Assembly: GCA_963819655.1 (NCBI GenBank)
Contig: CAWFXA010000001.1
Coordinates: 448,001 to 512,000 of the forward strand
Direction of reading: 5' to 3'
DNA: 64,000 nucleotides
Source: an uncultured Chloroflexia bacterium
GTDB taxonomy: Bacteria; Chloroflexota; Limnocylindria; Limnocylindrales; CSP1-4
The notes beneath the pieces were generated by a model. The model was not told the origin of the DNA, made no database searches, and saw only the letters and a program-made list of their open reading frames with translations. This document shows, in pieces, positions 42,810 to 53,521 of the stretch. The position numbers and the translations under genes were made by a program. Each line of letters starts with the position of its first letter. Position 1 is the first letter of the stretch.

Positions 42810-45800
42810 ATGATGCGCGCCCTTGTCAGCACGAGCGTTCGTTTCCGACTGCTGGCGATCGGCCTGGCCGGAGTGCTGCTCCTCGTCGGAGCGACCCAGC
42901 TGCAGACCGCCCGCGTCGACGTCCTGCCCGAGTTCACGCCCACGACCGTCGAGGTCCAGACCGAGGCGCTCGGTCTCTCCGCGGAGGAGGTCGAGGAGCT
43001 CGTGACGGTGCCGCTCGAAGCGGACCTTCTGCACGGCGTCGCGTTCCTCGAAGAGATCCGGTCCGAATCGATCGCCGGCCTGTCGTCGATCGTGATGATC
43101 TTCGAGCCGGGCACGGACATCTTCAAGGCGCGCCAGGTGGTCGCCGAGCGGCTGACGCAGGCACACGCTCTGCCGAACGTCGCCAAGGCGCCGGTCATGC
43201 TCCAGCCCCTGTCGTCGCTCAGCCGCTTCATGATCGTCGGCCTGAGCTCGAGCGAGAAATCGCTCATCGAGATGTCCGTGCTCGCGCGCTGGACCGTCCA
43301 GCCTCGGCTGATGGGTGTGCCGGGCGTGGCCAACGTCTCGATCTTCGGCCAGCGCGAGCGCCAGCTCCAGGTGCTGGTCGATCCGGCCCGGCTCAACCAG
43401 CGCGGCATCACGCTCGACACCCTCGTCGAGACGACCGGCAACGCGTTGTGGTTCTCGCCCCTGACGTTCCTCGAGGCATCGACCCCCGGCACCGGCGGCT
43501 TCATCGACACGCCTCAGCAGCGCCTTGGCATCCAGCACATCCTCCCGATCCAGTCCGCCGAGGACCTCAGCAACGTCGCGCTCGATCGCGCTCCGGGTGA
43601 GACCCCCCTGCGGATCGGCGACGTCGCCACGGTGGTCGAGGACCATCAGCCCCTCATCGGCGACGGCCTGGTCGCCGGCGGCAACGGCCTGCTGCTGGTG
43701 ATCGAGAAGTTCCCCGACGTCAACACGCTCGAGGTCACCCGCAACGTCGAATCCGCGCTCCAGGCGATGCAGCCCGCGCTTCCTGGAATCGCGATCGATA
43801 CGTCGGTCTTCCGCGAGGCGTCGTTCATCGATGCGTCGATCGGCAACGTGTCGATGGCGCTGCTGATCGGGTTCCTGCTGATCGCGCTTGTCCTCGGCGC
43901 GCTGCTGTTCGACTGGCGCGCGGCGCTCATCAGCGTCATCACGATCCCGTTGTCGATCATCGCGGCGGCGATCGTCCTCCACCTGGCGGGTGCATCGATC
44001 AACGCCATCACGCTCGTCGGGCTGCTGATCGCGACGGCCATCGTCATCGACGACATCGTCGGGCTCGTGGACGGCGTGCTCGTGCGCCTGCGTGATCCAA
44101 GGGCAGATGACGCAGAGAAATCCCGATCGGCCATCGTCACCGAGGCGGTTCTCGAGAGCCGCAGGCCGGCCGTCTACGGGACGTTGATCATCCTCGTCGC
44201 GCTGGTGCCACTGCTGTTCATGACGGGCACCATCAGCGCGTTCCTGCCGTCGCTCGTCGCCGCGTACGGGGTCGCCATTTTGGCCTCGATCCTGGTGTCC
44301 GTCACGGTGGCGCCCGCATTGGCGGTGCTCATCCTCACGGCCGCGCCAGGCGAGCGACGCGAATCCCCGATCCTGCGACGCCTGCGCAACGTCTATCGGT
44401 CGTCGGTCGCAGCCTTCCTGCGGCGAACCCGGCCCGCGCTCGTGACCGGTGGCGTCGCGGTGGTCGCCGTAGTCGTCGTCCTGGGCCTCGCCTTCGTCCC
44501 CGCCGGCGACGATGCCGCACTCCCGAGCTTCCGTCAGCGCGACTTGCTCATCCACTGGAACGGGGCGCCGGGGATCTCGCATCCCGAGATGTCCCGGATC
44601 GTGGCTCGCGCGAGCGACGAGCTGCGCTCGATCCCTGGCGTCCACAGCGTCGGTGCCCATGTCGGCCGAGCGATCCTGTCCGACGAGCGGACGAGCGTGA
44701 ACTCCGGCGAGATCTGGGTCAGCATGGATCAGGCCGCCGATTACGATCCGACGCTCGCGGCGATCAAGTCGACAGTCGATGGGTACCCGGGGCTCGACCG
44801 AACCGTCACGACCTATCCGGCCGATCGCATCGCCGAGGTCTTCGGTCCTGGCGAGCGCGACGTCGCGGTCCGCATCTATGGCCAGGACCTGGCCGTCCTC
44901 GGGACCAAGGCCGAGGAAGTCCGCACGGCGATGTCCGAGATCACTGGGATCGACGCTCCGTCGGTCACCGCGCCGATCACCGAGCCTACGGTCGAGATCA
45001 AGGTCGACCTCGAGAAGGCGGCCGCCCACGGACTCAAGCCCGGCGACGTCCGGCGCGCCGCTACATCGCTGCTATCGGGCATCCAGGTCGGCAACCTGTT
45101 CGAGGAGCAGAAGGTCTTCGAGGTCGTGGTGTGGGGGACGCCCGAGCTTCGCACGAGCCTGGACAGCATCCGAGACCTCCAGTTCGATACCCCGAGCGGG
45201 GCCCTGGTCCGGTTGCGCGATGTCGCCGACGTCCGAGTCCAACCATCGCCGAGCGTGATCGATCGGGAAGGCGTCATGCGCTACCTGGACGTCACCGCCG
45301 ACGTTGCGGGTCGCGATCTCGGCGCCGTCATCGGGGACCTCGAGACCCGACTCGCGAGCATCCCCTTCGCGATCGAATACCACGCCGAGATCCGAAGCGC
45401 AGCGATGGTGCAGCAGGAGGCCCAGACCCGCTTGTTCGCGGTCGTCGCCGGCGTCACTATCCTCGTGCTCCTCCTCCTGCAGGCAGCCTTCGGTGCGTGG
45501 CGGCTCGCCTTCCTCGTTCTGCTCGCCCTGCCGGTGGCCGTGGTCGGCGGCAGTCATCGCCACCCTGGCTACAGGTGACCTCTTCACGATCGGCGCCGTC
45601 GCAGGCCTGATCCTGGTCGGCTCGATCACGATCCGCCATGCCATCGCGCTCGTGGACCGCTTCCGTCGACTGGAGAAGGCCGGCGAGGCCTCGAGCCTGG
45701 AGGTCGCCCTCGCCGGCGTCCAGGAGCGGCTGCTGCCGATCCTGACGACGGTGCTGGGCACTGCGGCGTTCAGCCTGCCGTTCATCGCCCTCGGCGACGT

Positions 45801-45978
45801 CGCGGGGCTGGAGATCATGCGGCCGGTGGCGATCTTCGTCCTCGGCGGCCTCATCAGCTCAGCTGTGCTGCTGCTGTTCCTCCTCCCGAGCATCTACACG
45901 CTGTCTGGCCCGAGCCCTGAATCGGAGACCGACACCCTCTTGAGCGAACAGCCGGCCTTCGAGCCGACCGCGGCATAG
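42810..45978 (+). CDS. RND efflux permease (CusA/CzcA-like), copy 1; apparent frameshift near 45553
   Basis: VDVLPEF..VEVQTEALGLSAEEVEELVTVPLE and IVIDD motifs; C-terminus in another frame ERLLPILTT..GGLISS..LPSIY. Confidence 0.88.
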
Positions 45979-45988
45979 GAGCATCGAG

Positions 45989-46417
45989 ATGACACGACAT
46001 CGCTGGTTCTTCGTCGGGCTCGCGGTCGCCGCGTTGGCGCTCGGCGGGTGCAACTCGGCTACGACGTCCGCGCCCAAGGTCGAGGCGATCACGATCGAGG
46101 AGCAGGAGTCCGGCCTCAAGATCCTGACCCTCTCGGAGAAGGCCGCGGAGCGGCTCGGCGTCGTGACAGCTCCGGTCGCAGCCAGCGGCTCGAGCATGAC
46201 GATCCCATACGCGGCCGTCGTCTACGACGCCCAGGGGGCGACGTGGGCCTACGTCAACTCGCAACCGTTGGTCTACATGCGCGAGGCCATCACGGTGGAC
46301 GAGATCGACGGTGATGTGGCTCGCCTATCCGCAGGACCGGCCTCCGGCACACCCGTCGTGACGACCGGCGCGGCCGAGCTGTACGGCGCCGAGATCGGCG
46401 TCGGCGGCGGTCACTGA
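45989..46417 (+). CDS. Small lipoprotein resembling the membrane-proximal part of an RND adaptor
   Basis: Lipobox LALGGC; IPYAAVVYD..G..VVTTGAAEL; GGAG RBS. Confidence 0.7.
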   Translation: MTRHRWFFVGLAVAALALGGCNSATTSAPKVEAITIEEQESGLKILTLSEKAAERLGVVTAPVAASGSSMTIPYAAVVYDAQGATWAYVNSQPLVYMREAITVDEIDGDVARLSAGPASGTPVVTTGAAELYGAEIGVGGGH

Positions 46418-46456
46418 CATCGGCCTGACGCCAGGCACTGGGGGGAGACCTCGATC

Positions 46457-49400
46457 ATGATGCGCCGGATCATCGCCACCAGCTTGCGCTTCCGCTTCAT
46501 CGTCGTCGCGCTGGCGGCGGGGATGATGATCTTCGGAGCCGTCCAGGTCCGGGCCATGCCCGTCGACGTCTTCCCGGAGTTCGCTCCCCCCAAGGTCGAG
46601 ATCCAGACGATCTGCATCGGCCTGTCCGCGGAGGAGGTCGAGCAGCTCGTCACCGTCCCGATCGAGCAGTCCCTCGCCGGGATCGAGGGACTCGAGACGA
46701 TCCGTTCGAAGTCGGTCATCCAGCTGTCCCAGGTCGTCCTGCTGTTCAAGCCGGGCACGAATGAACTGCTGGCACGCCAGCTCGTCGCCGAGCGGCTGGC
46801 CCAGATCACCCCGTCGCTGCCGACGTGGGCGGCGCCGCCGGTGATGCTCCAGCCGCTGTCGGCGACAAGCCGTGTCATGAAGATCGGCATGAGCTCGGAG
46901 ACCGTGTCGCAGATCGACATGTCGATGATCTCGTACTGGACGATCCGCCCGCGACTGCTCAGCGTGCCCGGCGTCGCCAACATCGCGATCTGGGGCGAAC
47001 AGCTCGACATGCTCGCGGTCCAGGCCATCCCGGACAAGCTCGTCGAGCATGGCGTCGCGTTGACGGACATCATGAATGCCGTCTCCGAGACGCTCGATGA
47101 CGGCCTCCTCCAGTTCAACGCCGGCAACTTCACCGGGACCGGCGGGTTCGTCGATACGCCGAACCAGCGTTTGGTGATCCGTCACGTCCCACCGGTCGTC
47201 ACCGCGGCCGACCTCGCCCACGTGACCGTCCCGGGTCGCGACGGCAAGGCCGTGCCACTGACCGACGTCGTCGAACTGGTGAAGGCGCACCAGCCCCTGA
47301 TCGGCGAGGCTGTCATCAACGACGGACCAGGCGTCATGTTGATCGTCGAGAAGTTCCCATGGGCGAACACGCTGGATGTCACGCGCGGCGTCGAGGAAGC
47401 GCTCGCCGACCTCGCCCCCGGCCTCCCTGGGATCGACGTCGACCACACGATCTTCCGGCCGGCCAGCTTCATCGAGCAGGCGCTTCACAACCTGTCGAAC
47501 GCGCTTCTCCTGGGAAGCGTGCTGGTCTTCGTGATCCTGCTGCTGTTCCTGTTCGAGTGGCGGACGGCGCTCATCAGCCTCGTCGCCATCCCGCTGTCGC
47601 TGATGGCGGCGGCGATGGTCCTGTACGTCCGCGACGTCACGATCAACACGATGATCCTGGCGGGGTTCGTCATCTCGGTGGGGGTGGTCGTGGATGACGC
47701 GATCATCGACGTCGAGAACATCACGCGTCGGTTGAGGCAAGCCCGTCTCGAGGGGAGCACTCGCTCGACCGCGTCGATCGTCCTGGATTCGTCCCTCGAG
47801 GTCCGCAGCGCGATCGTCTACGCGACGTTGATCGACGTCGTCGCGGTCTCGCCGGTCTTCTTCATCAGCGGACTGTCGGGCTCGTTCTTCCAGCCACTGG
47901 TCATCTCGTACGGCCTCGCGGTCCTCGCCTCGCTCGGGGTGGCGCTGACGGTCACCCCGGCTCTTGCCTTCATCCTGCTCCGCAACGCGCCGATCGAGCG
48001 GCAGCGGTCACCGATCACCCGCCGGCTGCAGGACGTGTACGGCAGGGCTGTCTCCCGCATCCTGCGCTCCACCCGACCGGCGTTCGTGACGGTCGGGTTC
48101 GTGAGCATGGTCGGTCTTGGGATCTGGCCGCAGCTCGGGCAGTCGCTGCTGCCGGACTTCAAGGAACGGGATTTCCTGATGCACTGGGTCACGGCACCCG
48201 GCACGTCCATCGGCGAGGAGACCCGGATCAGCATCGACGCCTGCAACGAGCTTCGAGCGATCCCGGGCGTCCGCAACTGCGGCTCCCACATCGGCCAGGC
48301 CTTCGTGGCCGACGAGCCGTACGGCGTGGAGTTCGGCGAGAACTGGATCAGCGTCGACCCAGCCGTCGACTACGACAAGACACATGCCGCCGTCCTGGAG
48401 GTCGTCAACGGCTATCCCGGGTTGCGACGTGACGTCCAGACGTACCTCAAGGAGCGCATCCGCGAGGTCCTGACCGGGTCCAGCGACGCGATCGTCGTGC
48501 GGATCTACGGCCCCGACCTCGGCAAGCTCAAGGACCTCGCCGAGGAAGTCGAGAAGAAGCTCGACGTCGTCCCTGGCATCATCGACCTCCATTCCGAGCA
48601 GCTGGTCAACATCGCGCAGATCCAGGTGACGGTCGACCTGGCTGCTGCACAGCGATACGGCGTGAAACCCGGTGATGTGCGGCGGATCGCGTCCACCTTC
48701 ATGGCCGGCGAAGAGGTCGGCGACATCTTCAATACCGGCAAGGCGTACGACGTGGTCGTCTGGAGCGTCCCGGAGAGCCGGGCGAGCCTCACGGACGTCG
48801 AGAACCTGCTCATCGACACGGCCGACGGCGGCAAGGTCGCCCTGAAGGAGATCGCGGACGTCGCGGTCGCCCCGACGGCCGGACACGTCAGCCACGAGCA
48901 GACCGCGCGACGCATCCATGTCGATGCCAACGTCAGCGGGCGCGACCTCGGGGCGGTCATCGAAGACGTCAAGGTCGCGCTCGCCACGGTCCAGTTCCCG
49001 GAGGAGTACCACCCGGAGCTGCTTGGCGAGTTCCAGGAGCGCCAGAAGGCTCAGGATCGACTGCTGCTATTCGCGATCGTGGCCGCGATCGGAGTGTTCC
49101 TGCTCCTGCAGGCCTCGTTCGGCAGCACGCGTCTGGCGATCCTGTCGTTCCTCACGCTCCCGGCAGCGCTAGTCGGGGGGATCATCGCCGCGTGGCTCGG
49201 GGCGGGGGTCATCTCGCTCGGGGCGCTCGTCGGGTTCTTCACGGTGCTCGGCATCGCGGCCCGGAACGGGATCATGATGATCAACCACTTCCAGCACCTC
49301 GAGCGCTATGAGGGCGAAGAGTTTGGCGTCGACCTCGTCGTGCGCGGTGCCCGGGAACGCCTGGCGCCGATCCTCATGACTGCCCTGGCGACCGGGCTGG

Positions 49401-49582
49401 CGCTGGTGCCGCTGGCGATCGCCGGCGACCTGCCGGGCCACGAGATCGAGCACCCGATGGCGATCGTCATCCTCGGCGGGCTCGTCACGTCGACCCTGCT
49501 GAACCTGTTCGTGGTGCCGTCGCTGTACCTGCGCTTCGGGCGCAGCACGAAGCCAACGCCAGAAGCGGCCTCGGCGGCCTGA
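46457..49582 (+). CDS. RND efflux permease (CusA/CzcA-like), copy 2
   Basis: PVDVFPEF, VVVDDAIIDVEN, RNGIMMI and ERLAPILMT motifs; 1041 aa. Confidence 0.93.
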   Translation: MMRRIIATSLRFRFIVVALAAGMMIFGAVQVRAMPVDVFPEFAPPKVEIQTICIGLSAEEVEQLVTVPIEQSLAGIEGLETIRSKSVIQLSQVVLLFKPGTNELLARQLVAERLAQITPSLPTWAAPPVMLQPLSATSRVMKIGMSSETVSQIDMSMISYWTIRPRLLSVPGVANIAIWGEQLDMLAVQAIPDKLVEHGVALTDIMNAVSETLDDGLLQFNAGNFTGTGGFVDTPNQRLVIRHVPPVVTAADLAHVTVPGRDGKAVPLTDVVELVKAHQPLIGEAVINDGPGVMLIVEKFPWANTLDVTRGVEEALADLAPGLPGIDVDHTIFRPASFIEQALHNLSNALLLGSVLVFVILLLFLFEWRTALISLVAIPLSLMAAAMVLYVRDVTINTMILAGFVISVGVVVDDAIIDVENITRRLRQARLEGSTRSTASIVLDSSLEVRSAIVYATLIDVVAVSPVFFISGLSGSFFQPLVISYGLAVLASLGVALTVTPALAFILLRNAPIERQRSPITRRLQDVYGRAVSRILRSTRPAFVTVGFVSMVGLGIWPQLGQSLLPDFKERDFLMHWVTAPGTSIGEETRISIDACNELRAIPGVRNCGSHIGQAFVADEPYGVEFGENWISVDPAVDYDKTHAAVLEVVNGYPGLRRDVQTYLKERIREVLTGSSDAIVVRIYGPDLGKLKDLAEEVEKKLDVVPGIIDLHSEQLVNIAQIQVTVDLAAAQRYGVKPGDVRRIASTFMAGEEVGDIFNTGKAYDVVVWSVPESRASLTDVENLLIDTADGGKVALKEIADVAVAPTAGHVSHEQTARRIHVDANVSGRDLGAVIEDVKVALATVQFPEEYHPELLGEFQERQKAQDRLLLFAIVAAIGVFLLLQASFGSTRLAILSFLTLPAALVGGIIAAWLGAGVISLGALVGFFTVLGIAARNGIMMINHFQHLERYEGEEFGVDLVVRGARERLAPILMTALATGLALVPLAIAGDLPGHEIEHPMAIVILGGLVTSTLLNLFVVPSLYLRFGRSTKPTPEAASAA

Positions 49583-49583
49583 C

Positions 49584-49633
49584 AGGTCGCGGGGTGCGGG
49601 TCGCGGGGTGCCCGAGCGCGCGCCCCGCGACCT
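49584..49633. terminator. GC-rich hairpin between convergent genes
   Basis: AGGTCGCGGGG ... CCCCGCGACCT inverted repeat. Confidence 0.5.
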
Positions 49634-50656
49634 TCAGCCCGTAACCCGGCGATCCAGGCGCTCCACGAGATCGACCAGCCACATGGCGGAGGCGTCGCCG
49701 TGCCCGTCCATCGCTGCGGGGTCGAGCCCGCCGAGCGCCCGAGCCCATGCCGCTGCCTTGCCGATCCGGCCAAGATCCAGCGCACGCTCCAGGACCTCGG
49801 CCAGCGCCGGCCTGGGCAGCACGTCGGTCCAGGCTTCGATGTAGGCGTCGCGCAGGCGCGTGAGCTGCGGGACATCCGCGTCCGTGCCCAGCCGGTACGC
49901 GATCGAGTTCAGGGTCGTGACCAGCGTCCCGAACGGGTGGGCGACGACCGCGTCGCCCCAGTCGAAGAAGCGGATCCCAGGCTCGACGAACACGTTCCCG
50001 CCGTGCAGGTCGTCGTGCTGGATCGTGGCCGCGATCCCCGAGCGTTCCAGCTCCCCGGCGGTGGCCGCGACCCACTCCCCGAGCTCCCGCAGCCGACCTC
50101 GCCCGTGGTCGGCCGCGGACCGATCCTTGTCCGCGACGAGAGCCCACCACGCGTCATCGTCGACGAGCCGCTGGAATGTGACGGGCAGCGCGGCCGGCCG
50201 CCCGTCCGGGACGCCGATCCGCAGCAGCTCGCCGGCCCGACCCTCCACGGCGCGCTGCAGCTCCGCGTACGTCGCGAGGATGCCCTCCCACGCCCCGAGA
50301 TCGCGGTCGCCCTCGCCATCGGGTCGCGTCTGCCGAAGCGTCGGGCCGCCGTCCTCGAATAGCAGCCATCCCCGCTCCGTGTCGACGTCAATCGGGAGCA
50401 GGACGTGCCGGACGTCCCACGCGGCAAACTCCACGAGCAGTCGCACCTCGTGTGCCGTGCCCGGGCCGGCGGCCTTGCACCACACCGGCCCGCGGTCGGT
50501 CGGGATGCGCAGGACCGTCGACCACGGCCGGACGTGAGGCTGCTCGACCGGGCCGACGACCGAATTGCCCTGCGCAGAAAGTCGATCGCGGGCCCAGTCG
50601 ACGATAGCTGCCAGCCAGATCGGGTCGGTCCAGTCCCGGGCCCGGGGAACCGTCAC
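49634..50656 (-). CDS. APH-family phosphotransferase
   Basis: HVRPWS, QHDDLHGGN and FFDWGD motifs. Confidence 0.8.
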   Translation of the reverse strand: MTVPRARDWTDPIWLAAIVDWARDRLSAQGNSVVGPVEQPHVRPWSTVLRIPTDRGPVWCKAAGPGTAHEVRLLVEFAAWDVRHVLLPIDVDTERGWLLFEDGGPTLRQTRPDGEGDRDLGAWEGILATYAELQRAVEGRAGELLRIGVPDGRPAALPVTFQRLVDDDAWWALVADKDRSAADHGRGRLRELGEWVAATAGELERSGIAATIQHDDLHGGNVFVEPGIRFFDWGDAVVAHPFGTLVTTLNSIAYRLGTDADVPQLTRLRDAYIEAWTDVLPRPALAEVLERALDLGRIGKAAAWARALGGLDPAAMDGHGDASAMWLVDLVERLDRRVTG

Positions 50657-51642
50657 GACGCCGTAAAGAACTCGTCCATCGTCCCGGCCGCACAGGATTC
50701 AGCCAGGCAGTCGAGACCCCACGCGTCCTGGATCGTGCGCAGCAGGCTGTAATGGTCGTGCCGCTCGGTGGAGCGGAAGCCCGCGGGAACGTGGCGCGAA
50801 ACCACGATCGTGGCGATGTGTCCGCCTGAAGGATCGTTGCCGGCGTCTTCGTCGAACGTCACGATGAGAAGTCCGCCTGCCTCGAACGCCGCGCTGTCGA
50901 GGATGGCCGGGAGGAACCCCCCGAGCCAGTCGTCCGCTTCGCGCATCGAGCAGTCGTGTGCGCTGTGGCACTGGTTCGGGACGATCAACGCGTAGTCCAC
51001 GTCGCCCGGCTGGAATGCGGTCAGGTCCTCGAGACGGCCGCAGCGCTGCGGATCGGTCCGGATGCTGTCGAAGCTGATGGCCGGCGCATGTTTCCGCTCG
51101 TAGACACCGGGCCCGTCGCGGCCGTCCTCGGCTGAGCTGCCCGTGAAGCAACCCGGCGGCCGGTTCTCGGCGTACTCGCCCCAGGTCCGCCCGCTCGCCT
51201 CGATCTGATCGGCGATCGACGGCGCATCGAGGTCGTGCCGGTCGTTGTCGGTCACCCCATGCGTCGAGCCGCTGAACAGCGCGAGGTAGTTCGGCTGGGA
51301 CGGCCGCGCGACGCCGAACGACTGCTCGGCCAGTCCGTAGCGGTCGATCAGGCCGGCGATGTACGGGAGATCGTCGGCGCCCACGACACGGTCGTAATCG
51401 CGGTTCTCGAGCACGACGATCCAGACATGTGGGAAGTCGGGGATCGCCGAGCCGCCGGACGCGATCGGGGTCGGGCTGGCCGGCGACGACGGGCTCGCGG
51501 ACGGCGCCGGACTCGAAGAAACCGCGCTCGGTGGCGCCGGGGCCGTCGGCGCGGACGTCGGGCGGCACCCGCCGAGCATCACGAGCATCAACGCCAGAAC
51601 GAGGCCGATCGCCCGTGTCGACCGAATTGGCCGGTGCCCCAT
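50653..51642 (-). CDS. Phosphoesterase / acid phosphatase lipoprotein (SapM-like)
   Basis: Lipobox LGGC; HVWIVVLENR, PSQPNYLAL, VTFDED and HYSLLRTI motifs. Confidence 0.85.
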   Translation of the reverse strand: MGHRPIRSTRAIGLVLALMLVMLGGCRPTSAPTAPAPPSAVSSSPAPSASPSSPASPTPIASGGSAIPDFPHVWIVVLENRDYDRVVGADDLPYIAGLIDRYGLAEQSFGVARPSQPNYLALFSGSTHGVTDNDRHDLDAPSIADQIEASGRTWGEYAENRPPGCFTGSSAEDGRDGPGVYERKHAPAISFDSIRTDPQRCGRLEDLTAFQPGDVDYALIVPNQCHSAHDCSMREADDWLGGFLPAILDSAAFEAGGLLIVTFDEDAGNDPSGGHIATIVVSRHVPAGFRSTERHDHYSLLRTIQDAWGLDCLAESCAAGTMDEFFTAS

Positions 51643-51656
51643 GTCCCCCCTCGCGT

Positions 51657-53333
51657 TCAGCCCTTCCGACCGCCGCCGAAGAGTGTTCCGAAGATGCCGC
51701 GCAGGATGTCCTGGCCGAGGCGCGAGCTCGCGACCCGTCCGCCGGTCCGGATGGCGGTGTCGATGGTCTTCTGGCGGGCCTTTGCGTCTGCCGCGGCCGC
51801 GCGCTCCTCCGCCTTGCGCTGGCGCGCCTCCTCCGTGGCGGCGCGCTTCCGGGCGGCCTCTATCTCCCGCTGCTGGCGCGCGATCTCGCGTTGCTGCTGC
51901 GCCGGCGTCATGTCGTTCAGACCGCCGGCCGTGGTCGGCTCGACACCGGCGCGGGTCGCGGCCTCGATGGCCGCCTGGCGTGCGGCGTTGATCCGCGCCG
52001 TGATGCGCTCGTGCGCGCTCTCGCGATCGACCGTCGCGCCGTACTTCGTGGCGAACGTGCTGCCGGCGACCGCGGCCGCGAAGGCCTCCGGTGGCATCGG
52101 CGCCATCAGCGAGTCGGGCGGCAGGATCCGGGTCGCGGCGAGGGGAGTCGGCACACCCCGCGGCGACAGGACGGTGACGAGCGCCTCACCGGTACCGAGT
52201 GAGGTGATGGTCTTCTCGACGTCGTAGAAGTCGGTCATCGGGAATGTCCGCGCTGTCTTGCGCAGGGCATCGGCATCGTCCGGCGTGAACGCGCGCAATG
52301 CGTGCTGCACCCGGTTCCCGAGCTGGGCCAGGACCGATGATGGGACGTCGGTCGGCGCCTGGGTCACGAAGTAGACTCCGACGCCCTTCGACCGGATCAG
52401 CCGAGCCGTGCGCTCGATCTGGTCCATCAGCGCCTCGGACGCGTCGTCGAAGAGGAGATGGGCCTCGTCGAAGAAGAAACACAGCTTCGGCTTGGGGAGG
52501 TCGCCCGCCTCCGGCAGCGTCTCGTAGAGCTGGGCCAGCATCCAGAGCATGAACGTCGAGAACAGGCGGGGCTGATCCATCACGTCGGCGAGCTCGAGGA
52601 CGCTGATGATCCCGTGCCCATCCGACGTCGTGCGGATCAGGTCCTCGACCTCGAACTCGGGCTCACCGAAGAACACGTCGGCGCCCGCCTGCTCGAGGAC
52701 CACGATCGACCGCAGCAGGACGCCGACCGTCGCCGTCGACATCCCGCCGTAGTCCTCGAGGATCGCCTTGCCCTCATCGGATGCGAGGTATTTCAAGGTC
52801 GTCGCGAGGTCCTTCAGGTCGAGCAGCGGCAGGTCGTTGTCGTCGCAGTACTTGAAGATCAGCGCCAGCACGCTCGTCTGCGTCTCGTTGAGGTCCAGCA
52901 CCTTGCCGAGCAGCAACGGCCCGAAGGAATGGACCGTCGCGCGGACCTGAGCCCCTTGCATCCCGGAGAGGGACAGGAATTCGACCGGATGTCCGGATGC
53001 CTCGAACTGCAGACCGAGCGACGCGGCCCGCTCCTGGACCTTCGGGTTCGCGGCATCGCCGGGCAGCGCGATGCCGGACAGGTCGCCCTTGATGTCGGCC
53101 GCGAACACGGGCACACCGGCCTTCGACAGCTGACCGGCGAGCAGTTGGAGGGTCTTCGTCTTGCCTGTGCCGGTCGCGCCGGCGACCAGGCCGTGCCGGT
53201 TCAGCGTCGACATCGGCACGCTCACGCGCACGTCGTTGAACAGCTCGCCATCGTGCATGGCGCTGCCGATCACCAGCGCCGGCTCATCGAACGCATAGCC
53301 AGCCGTGATGGCGTCGCGGAATGCCTGGTCCAT
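51657..53333 (-). CDS. DUF853 / YjgR-like HerA-family ATPase
   Basis: NRHGLVAGATGTGKTKTLQ, DIKGDLSG, FFFDEAHLLF and LGNRVQHALRAFTP motifs. Confidence 0.9.
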   Translation of the reverse strand: MDQAFRDAITAGYAFDEPALVIGSAMHDGELFNDVRVSVPMSTLNRHGLVAGATGTGKTKTLQLLAGQLSKAGVPVFAADIKGDLSGIALPGDAANPKVQERAASLGLQFEASGHPVEFLSLSGMQGAQVRATVHSFGPLLLGKVLDLNETQTSVLALIFKYCDDNDLPLLDLKDLATTLKYLASDEGKAILEDYGGMSTATVGVLLRSIVVLEQAGADVFFGEPEFEVEDLIRTTSDGHGIISVLELADVMDQPRLFSTFMLWMLAQLYETLPEAGDLPKPKLCFFFDEAHLLFDDASEALMDQIERTARLIRSKGVGVYFVTQAPTDVPSSVLAQLGNRVQHALRAFTPDDADALRKTARTFPMTDFYDVEKTITSLGTGEALVTVLSPRGVPTPLAATRILPPDSLMAPMPPEAFAAAVAGSTFATKYGATVDRESAHERITARINAARQAAIEAATRAGVEPTTAGGLNDMTPAQQQREIARQQREIEAARKRAATEEARQRKAEERAAAADAKARQKTIDTAIRTGGRVASSRLGQDILRGIFGTLFGGGRKG

Positions 53334-53521
53334 GGGTCCTCCGAGGCGGCCGATGGGGTGGTGCCGGGGGAGGCGCAAGGGTATCACCGGGCCCTTTCCG
53401 GGCCACAGCGGTTCGCCGTCACGGACGGCGATCGGGACCTTCGTACGGGTGACCATCGAGGGTCCGACGCGGTACAGATATGTCAGCGGGGGGACGTTCC
53501 ATGGGGGAACTTGGCGAAAGC

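Noticed and set aside
42627-45029. 800-aa minus-strand ORF (and similar long ORFs such as 4471-6684 and 38258-39856)
   Set aside because: These are antisense shadows of motif-bearing genes, expected at this GC content.
51657-53333. HerA-type anti-phage system
   Set aside because: The motifs are those of the widespread DUF853/YjgR family and there is no adjacent nuclease or SIR2 partner.
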